The notes beneath the pieces are model-generated. The model searched no databases, was not told the DNA's origin, and saw nothing but the letters and a program-made list of their open reading frames with translations. From a virus, in IMG/VR virus record IMGVR_UViG_3300029913_000003, positions 128,001 to 192,000 of that record: a stretch of 64,000 nt of DNA; one strand, written 5' to 3'. Of this stretch, positions 58,266 to 64,000 are shown piece after piece. Position numbers and translations under genes: made by a program. Numbering within the stretch: position 1 is the first letter of the stretch; the number at the start of each line of letters is the position of its first letter.

Positions 58266-59234
58266 TTAATCTTTAATTCTTATAAATTTGCAATTTAAAA
58301 AATTTTCAATTTCTTTTTGCCTATCAAGATCTTTTTGTCTTAATTCACCTTTTATAAAATGATGTTTTTCGTCATACTCATATACTACATTATTTATAGC
58401 ATCATATCCATCTATCCAATAACCAAGTTCTTCAATATGATATTCTCCCTCATTCATTGCATGTTGAATATGAATATTTTCATTCTTTGATATTTCATCA
58501 AAAATATCACAACCTTTTTTATTATATGATGGAAATACTTGATTTCCATCAAATTTATCATCACTTAATCTTTTTAATCTTTTTAATCTTTTACTTGTAT
58601 TACTACATTTTTGACAACCACACAATAATAAATGATGAGATGAAGTTTGTTTAAAATCGCCATGTATAGGACAACTAATTACTAGCTTCGTGCTTGAGTC
58701 AATATAATTAGAATCTGAATAATTTGGATAAGTATATTTATTGTTGTGTAATATTTTTGCTTCAGAAACGAATTTTTTATATCTTTTTTCTATTCTTTTT
58801 TCTTTATTACATTTTATGCAGCCTCTTCCGTCAATTAAATCTTTCGGTAACATTTTAAATTCTCCGTGTTTTTCGCATTCTACAATAACACAAGTATGAT
58901 TATTAACATATACACTCTTTGAAAAATCAAGATTATTTTTATATACTTCATTTAATTGTGCAATAAATGTTTCCTGACTTTTAGCGAAATACAATTTTGC
59001 AGCGCATTTATAACTACATGAAAATATAGATTTTCTCATATAAACATCATATCTAATTTGAGTTTTTCTATGACAAACATCGCATTCTACATCAATAATA
59101 ACTTTTGAATTCGGTTTTAAATGACAAACGTTAACTTCAATATATTCATTTAATTTTACTTTATATCCTAATTTTTCAAAATGATCTTTGTTGCTTGTAC
59201 TAATTCTAATATTAACAGTTTTACTTATTATCAT
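58266..59234 (-). CDS. homing-endonuclease-like protein, a MIISK paralog of 35789..36727
   Basis: Starts MIISKTVNIRIS, has multiple CxxC and HxxC pairs (CDVCH, CIKCN, CGCQKC), and a C-terminal DGYDAINNVVYEYDEKHH that is PD-(D/E)xK-like. Confidence 0.4.
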   Translation of the reverse strand: MIISKTVNIRISTSNKDHFEKLGYKVKLNEYIEVNVCHLKPNSKVIIDVECDVCHRKTQIRYDVYMRKSIFSCSYKCAAKLYFAKSQETFIAQLNEVYKNNLDFSKSVYVNNHTCVIVECEKHGEFKMLPKDLIDGRGCIKCNKEKRIEKRYKKFVSEAKILHNNKYTYPNYSDSNYIDSSTKLVISCPIHGDFKQTSSHHLLLCGCQKCSNTSKRLKRLKRLSDDKFDGNQVFPSYNKKGCDIFDEISKNENIHIQHAMNEGEYHIEELGYWIDGYDAINNVVYEYDEKHHFIKGELRQKDLDRQKEIENFLNCKFIRIKD

Positions 59235-59335
59235 TTATTATTTTATTTTATTATCATATATTTATATAAAAATAATTAAGTTTTGTTTATTTTAATTATA
59301 ATCACTAATATTTAATATATAAATAAAAAATTAAA

Positions 59336-59647
59336 ATGGAAATAAATAAATTTAATGAATTTATTAATAATGATTTATTAGTTATAGAAAAATTAATTGA
59401 TGATTTAGAAAATCAAAAAGGTAATTGTTCAGTATTAGAAAAAATATATTCTCATCCATCATATATTAAAATTATAGAATATGGTGAAAAATCAATACCT
59501 TCATTATTAAATAGAATAGATGAGAGTATGTTTTGGTTTGAAGCATTACGTAGAATAACTGGGGACGAGCCTGACAAAGAATCAATTAAATCAATTGATA
59601 TTATGAATTCTTGGAAAAAATGGGGTATAGAAAATGGATATAAATAA
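59336..59647 (+). CDS. hypothetical protein
   Basis: 103-aa ORF. Confidence 0.4.
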   Translation: MEINKFNEFINNDLLVIEKLIDDLENQKGNCSVLEKIYSHPSYIKIIEYGEKSIPSLLNRIDESMFWFEALRRITGDEPDKESIKSIDIMNSWKKWGIENGYK

Positions 59648-60080
59648 TATTGAAATTTGGCATCCTAAATTGATAGGTAAAAATTATAAAATTATAAATA
59701 TAAATTATAATTTAATTGTTTTTAATTGTTTTGCATATAGTTTAGATATATTTGATGAATGGTGTGGCGCATCAGAAAAATCTTGGCCTTATAATATATT
59801 ACCGCGTAGTTCAAAATTAAATAATTATATTAAATATTATAATTTATATGGATATAATATATGTGATAATGATGAGTATGAATTTGAATATGAAAAAGTA
59901 GCACTTTATGTTGATAATTCTAATAATGTAAATCATGCATCTAAACAGTATGAAAATATATGGAGAAGTAAATTAGGAAAATATGTTATAATTGAGCATG
60001 AATTAGAATGGTTAACTGGATTTGATGCTGAAAATTATGGTAATATTGGTGTGATTTTAAAAAGAAAGAGAAAGGCATAA
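59634..60080 (+). CDS. hypothetical protein
   Basis: 148-aa ORF with a 14-nt overlap. Confidence 0.4.
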   Translation: MDINNIEIWHPKLIGKNYKIININYNLIVFNCFAYSLDIFDEWCGASEKSWPYNILPRSSKLNNYIKYYNLYGYNICDNDEYEFEYEKVALYVDNSNNVNHASKQYENIWRSKLGKYVIIEHELEWLTGFDAENYGNIGVILKRKRKA

Positions 60081-60120
60081 AAACTTTTTATATTTTTTTA
60101 TATATAATAAAAAAGAAAAT

Positions 60121-60537
60121 ATGAAACTTGGAAAATATTTTAGTTTATCGGAATTAACTGTAACTTCAACAGGATTAAATAATTTACCAATGAAGCCAGA
60201 GCAAGATAATTTAGTATTATTAGTTAAGAATATACTTGATCCATTAAGGGAATTATATGGTAATCAAATTCATATAAATAGTGGATATCGTTCTCCGATA
60301 GTTAATAGAGAAATTAAAGGGTTCATCAATAGTCAGCATGTATTTGGTCAAGCAGCAGATATTACAGGTGGTAGTCCAGAAGAAAATGAAAAACTTTTTA
60401 ATTTAATAGTTAGCAATTTCAAATTTGATCAGATTATAAATGAAAAAAATTTCGAATGGGTACATGTTAGTTACTCAAATGTTAAAAATAGAAATGAAAA
60501 ATTAAAATTTACTGGTAAAGGTTATATAAAAATATAA
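60121..60537 (+). CDS. peptidase M15 family (YcbK/phage-type D-Ala-D-Ala carboxypeptidase-like) cell-wall hydrolase
   Basis: SGYRSPIVNREIKG...SQHVFGQAADI matches the M15 Zn-ligand pattern SxHxxGxAxD. Confidence 0.65.
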   Translation: MKLGKYFSLSELTVTSTGLNNLPMKPEQDNLVLLVKNILDPLRELYGNQIHINSGYRSPIVNREIKGFINSQHVFGQAADITGGSPEENEKLFNLIVSNFKFDQIINEKNFEWVHVSYSNVKNRNEKLKFTGKGYIKI

Positions 60538-60567
60538 AAAAAGACTGTCATAATGACAGTCTTTTTA
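60537..60567. terminator. hairpin between convergent genes
   Basis: aaaagactgtcat-a-atgacagtctttt. Confidence 0.5.
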
Positions 60568-60568
60568 A

Positions 60569-61279
60569 TTATATATTGAAATTATTTGACTTTAATATGT
60601 AGTCATATTCTATTCTTATATTATCATCTAATATTTCATCAGGAATATTATTAATTAGAAATGAATTATTCTTTAAATATTGTTTTTGAAAATTATATGT
60701 CATAAAAATATTTATAATATTTTTTGCTGAAATTTTATTTGAAACATCTATATCTTTTGATGGAGTCCACTTTTTAGTATTTAAATCTAATTTATATCCA
60801 TTATAATAAAATATCATTTTATCTAAAAATAATATATTACTTAATGATGGTAATTTATTTTTAAAATTATCATTTATAAATTTAATTGTATATTTTGCAT
60901 AATCTGTATCCCAATTTAACCAAAAATTAGTAGATAAAGAATATATAGAATTTATTATTAATAAATCTTCATATGATAAATTAGATTTAATTATTTGTTT
61001 TTTATTTGTCATTATTTGATTAGATTTTGTGATATCACTTGTGATACTATTAACATAATCAATTATATTACCTAAAAGTTTCATTGGATTATTAATTATT
61101 GTGTTACTTTCAAGATAATCTATAATCTCACTATATGCTTCATGCCAATAAAATGAATATAATTCATTATTATGAAGTATATTTAATGTTCCACGTCTAG
61201 GGGAGAAATCAAACCCAAAGGATTTGTTTTTACCTATATCAGATATATTGAATTCATTTAATTTTTTGATGTATTTCAT
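60569..61279 (-). CDS. MKYIKKLNEF...NNFNI family member, long form
   Basis: Family-type N-terminus and C-terminus. Confidence 0.45.
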   Translation of the reverse strand: MKYIKKLNEFNISDIGKNKSFGFDFSPRRGTLNILHNNELYSFYWHEAYSEIIDYLESNTIINNPMKLLGNIIDYVNSITSDITKSNQIMTNKKQIIKSNLSYEDLLIINSIYSLSTNFWLNWDTDYAKYTIKFINDNFKNKLPSLSNILFLDKMIFYYNGYKLDLNTKKWTPSKDIDVSNKISAKNIINIFMTYNFQKQYLKNNSFLINNIPDEILDDNIRIEYDYILKSNNFNI

Positions 61280-61282
61280 AAT

Positions 61283-62104
61283 TTACATATTAAAATTTGC
61301 TGCATCTTTTTCTAAATTAAAAACATTAGATATTTTACAATAATATATAACTGTAAATTTAATACCTACTATTTCTTTATGATCTTTAACTTTTGCTGTC
61401 ATATATATAGTATCACCTTTTTCTACTATTCTACCAATATTATAAGTCATATATCTATTACCTTCTTCATCTATTAATTTACAAGTATATTGAGTGCCAA
61501 ATTCAGTGTTTTGGATTTTAAAATTATAAACATCAGCTTTTATTGTAATTTTACTTCCAATCTCACCAACATATTTACTTATACTTTCTTCTTGATTTTT
61601 TTTGGTTAATGTTTCAAAGAATAGATTTTTATATTTTTCAATTTCATTCGCCATATCTTCATTTCCTTGAAATCCTTTAGATAACCAAACAACATATTGA
61701 GGATCATCTACGAATACTTCACCTATTGTTTCTCCACGATGTTTTCCAAATTTTAATATTTTATTTTTTTCTGCTTGAAATAATCCAGCATATGTACCAA
61801 ATCTATCTATAATAACTGGAATTTGACCAGAAGCTTTAGCAGCTTTTTTAACTGCTGTCGTAAAGTCAGTACTTAAATTACAAATATAATAGCATGATGC
61901 ACTTCTTGGATTCCATCTCCAAAAAGTATAATAAACGGAGTATTTTCCAGATACATCTATATAAAAGCAGCCTACATCTCTAATTGTCAATTTTTTATCT
62001 TTTCCTTCTTCTAATATTTTTTCAGCTTCTAAAACATCTTCATCACTTGGTTGTATGAGTTGATTCATTTTAGCTTCTTTGATATATTGCAAGTATGTTT
62101 TCAT
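61283..62104 (-). CDS. hypothetical protein
   Basis: 273-aa ORF. Confidence 0.45.
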   Translation of the reverse strand: MKTYLQYIKEAKMNQLIQPSDEDVLEAEKILEEGKDKKLTIRDVGCFYIDVSGKYSVYYTFWRWNPRSASCYYICNLSTDFTTAVKKAAKASGQIPVIIDRFGTYAGLFQAEKNKILKFGKHRGETIGEVFVDDPQYVVWLSKGFQGNEDMANEIEKYKNLFFETLTKKNQEESISKYVGEIGSKITIKADVYNFKIQNTEFGTQYTCKLIDEEGNRYMTYNIGRIVEKGDTIYMTAKVKDHKEIVGIKFTVIYYCKISNVFNLEKDAANFNM

Positions 62105-62201
62105 ATTATGAATGATTTATTTTTTAATTATATATTAAAAAAAATAAACAAAAAATAATAATTATCATATAACTTAATAATAAAAAAAATATAAATATAA
62201 T

Positions 62202-62687
62202 ATGATAATAACATTAACGATTGATGATATTTTTAGACGTTGCTTATGGAGTGACTACAAAAGATTTGTACTTAAAGATAAAAATGAGCAAGAGATTCAA
62301 GAAATTGTAAAAGAAAATAAGCCAATCGTCATTTCAGAAAATGATGCATATGCAATAGGATTACTAAAAACAATAGAGACAGATAATTTAGTACATAGGT
62401 TTATTGTTCATATGAAAGAGATGATAAGTATAAAATCAAATATTTTTGATAAAAATGTTTATTTATCTGTTAGAATAGTAGAAAATGAATTAGAAAGTTA
62501 TAAGAAAAGATTTCCTGATTATTGGGATTCAGATCCAGTGTTTACTGATGCTATAGTAGATTTGAATAATTTCATTAATAATGCGTTACAGCAAATTAAA
62601 AAATTTGAAGTTTACGAATTTAAAATTAAAGATAAAAAAATTAGATATTATTTATCTAAAGATATTAAAAAAATGATTGAAAATTAA
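62202..62687 (+). CDS. hypothetical protein
   Basis: 161-aa ORF. Confidence 0.45.
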   Translation: MIITLTIDDIFRRCLWSDYKRFVLKDKNEQEIQEIVKENKPIVISENDAYAIGLLKTIETDNLVHRFIVHMKEMISIKSNIFDKNVYLSVRIVENELESYKKRFPDYWDSDPVFTDAIVDLNNFINNALQQIKKFEVYEFKIKDKKIRYYLSKDIKKMIEN

Positions 62688-62718
62688 AAATAATTTTGTA
62701 TCTTTGTAATATAATATT

Positions 62719-62748
62719 AAAAAGAACCTTATATTGAGGTTCTTTTTT
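62719..62748. terminator. hairpin between convergent genes
   Basis: aaaagaacct-tatattg-aggttctttt. Confidence 0.5.
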
Positions 62749-63020
62749 TATAAATTAAATTTAATTGCATTTATATTAGATTCAAATTCATCTATTTCAT
62801 CTGTAGTTAAATATCTAATTATTTTATAAAAAAGAACAGTATCAGTTTTATTATCATCATATAATATTTTATATGATGTTGTAGAGTCAAAGTTATTTTT
62901 TATTATTTTTGATTTTTTATCAACTCTATGATGTGGATCAAAATAAATATTAACTAAAATATATTCACCTTCTTTATAATTTTTATTTTCAATCATTTCA
63001 AATTTCTTAATATATTTCAT
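62748..63020 (-). CDS. MKYIKKFE...KFNL family member
   Basis: Family-type N-terminus and C-terminus. Confidence 0.5.
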   Translation of the reverse strand: MKYIKKFEMIENKNYKEGEYILVNIYFDPHHRVDKKSKIIKNNFDSTTSYKILYDDNKTDTVLFYKIIRYLTTDEIDEFESNINAIKFNL

Positions 63021-63400
63021 AAATTAAATTTGTTTATATCTGTTTCAAGTTTATTAAGTTTATTATAAATATTTTTTATAACAGTTAAATTAGATTTATT
63101 ATCATTTTTATATATATCTAATGAAAATCTAATATTATTTGATGATTCACTATAATTAAAACTTACTTCATATTTATCACCGTTATATTCAAATTTATAA
63201 TCTGGATAATTTCTGGTAAAATGAATTTCATTATTCGTCCTTTGTTTAGAATTTGATGCGCTATGCCAAAAATAACATTTCTTATATTTTTCAGCGCAAT
63301 CTATTGTATATTTAAGTTTTTTTGTCAATTCTGGATCATATAAAAAATCATCTTCTATCTTCTTTTTAGATTCATTTATAAATTCAATAAAATTTTTCAT
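63017..63400 (-). CDS. MKNFIEFINE...KFNL family member
   Basis: Family-type C-terminus and an ATGA overlap. Confidence 0.5.
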   Translation of the reverse strand: MKNFIEFINESKKKIEDDFLYDPELTKKLKYTIDCAEKYKKCYFWHSASNSKQRTNNEIHFTRNYPDYKFEYNGDKYEVSFNYSESSNNIRFSLDIYKNDNKSNLTVIKNIYNKLNKLETDINKFNL

Positions 63401-63846
63401 ATTTTTAATTTTTTTATAAGTATAAAAGATTGATTTTTATTATCATCATAATCTTGATATATTTCAAATCCGCATTTTAAATATAAATTTACTGCTTTAT
63501 AATTATTTTTATAAACAAGTAAAGTAATAATATTAATTTTAAGTTCATTTTTAACATAATTAAATATCTGTTCTAATAGATATTTAGCATACCCTTTTCC
63601 TTGAAAATTTTTAACCGTTTTTAAATCATGAATAGTTACATATTTTTCATTAAACCATTTATCTGGATGTTCTATTCTAAAACTAGATTCAGATACTAAA
63701 ATATCATCTAAAAACAACTTAAATTTATAATTCTTTTTATCAATTACAATTTTTTTTTCTGCTGTTATATACAAAAACAATAAAGTACAATTAAAAAGTA
63801 TACACTTTCCAATGGTTTCTTTTAGTATTTTTGCTAGAACAGTCAA
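63397..63846 (-). CDS. GNAT-family N-acetyltransferase
   Basis: Acetyl-CoA-binding motif NFQGKGYAKYLLEQ and the downstream ...KAVNLYLKCGFE. Confidence 0.65.
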   Translation of the reverse strand: MTVLAKILKETIGKCILFNCTLLFLYITAEKKIVIDKKNYKFKLFLDDILVSESSFRIEHPDKWFNEKYVTIHDLKTVKNFQGKGYAKYLLEQIFNYVKNELKINIITLLVYKNNYKAVNLYLKCGFEIYQDYDDNKNQSFILIKKLKI

Positions 63847-63991
63847 CTGGCTTTATATCGGTTAGCTGCCAACGGTATATAATTCCCGCCTTTTTGAATA
63901 GTTTATAAAGGCTTACCCAGTTTTCACAATCTTTAACAACTGAAACATCAGGAAAAGAATTAATAAATCTTTCAACCACTGTGTTCAGCAT
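63791..63991 (-). CDS. small ORF in a locally GC-richer segment, possibly a transposase or foreign-gene remnant
   Basis: 66-aa ORF. The base composition at 63840-64000 is visibly more GC-rich than the rest of the window. Confidence 0.25.
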   Translation of the reverse strand: MLNTVVERFINSFPDVSVVKDCENWVSLYKLFKKAGIIYRWQLTDIKPVDCSSKNTKRNHWKVYTF

Positions 63992-64000
63992 TGTACTTGT

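Noticed and set aside
5198-58654. Many 60-90-aa ORFs nested antisense in larger genes, for example 5198..5467, 8144..8464, 10326..10532, 12086..12322, 17761..18021, 24192..24461, 27886..28089, 28418..28624, 30854..31111, 35055..35243, 36416..36613, 42342..42545, 46950..47159, 50847..51107, 51879..52073, 54135..54350, 54432..54614 and 58457..58654
   Set aside because: In a ~22% GC genome stop codons are rare on the antisense strand of coding DNA. These ORFs are Ile/Leu/Phe-rich, lack family features and fully overlap better-supported genes.
1-64000. Alternative genetic code (TGA as Trp, as in Mollicutes) given the extreme AT content
   Set aside because: Long uninterrupted ORFs with sensible motifs are obtained with the standard code, and TGA frequently serves as the stop in the ATGA overlaps.

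Overview
This is a very AT-rich window (roughly 20-25% GC by eye) that is densely coding with short intergenic regions, frequent 4-nt ATGA start/stop overlaps, no obvious Shine-Dalgarno sequences, and perfect AT-rich hairpins between convergent genes. No rRNA or tRNA genes were seen. The content looks like a large dsDNA virus or jumbo-phage-like mobile genome rather than a housekeeping chromosome. Supporting this are several large paralogous small-gene families, GIY-YIG and other homing-endonuclease-like genes, a Dam-type methylase next to a thymidylate-synthase/pyrimidine-hydroxymethylase homolog, a phage-type M15 peptidase, a GNAT acetyltransferase, and three separate SF2 helicases. The main feature is a compact CRISPR-Cas locus at about 8.7-18.3 kb. 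Its array has 37 copies of a 36-bp repeat with ~30-bp spacers. Left of the array are a Cas3 HD-nuclease/helicase and an extra SF2 helicase. Right of it are a Cas6 with the glycine-rich loop and two putative Cascade subunits. There are no cas1, cas2 or cas4, so this looks like an interference-only minimal type I-like system. Immediately upstream of the cas genes is a tandem array of 15 overlapping ~88-aa genes with conserved termini and hypervariable cores. Other notable items are a TnpB/Fanzor-like (OrfB_IS605-like) element that has split one member of a small gene family, a GIY-YIG endonuclease gene interrupted by an A9 homopolymer frameshift, a divergent pair of ribbon-helix-helix mini-genes, an OmpA-like outer-membrane protein, and two ~1,100-aa Asn/Ser/Thr/Tyr-rich putative structural proteins. 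All functional calls rest on motifs read from the translations. No database searches were possible.
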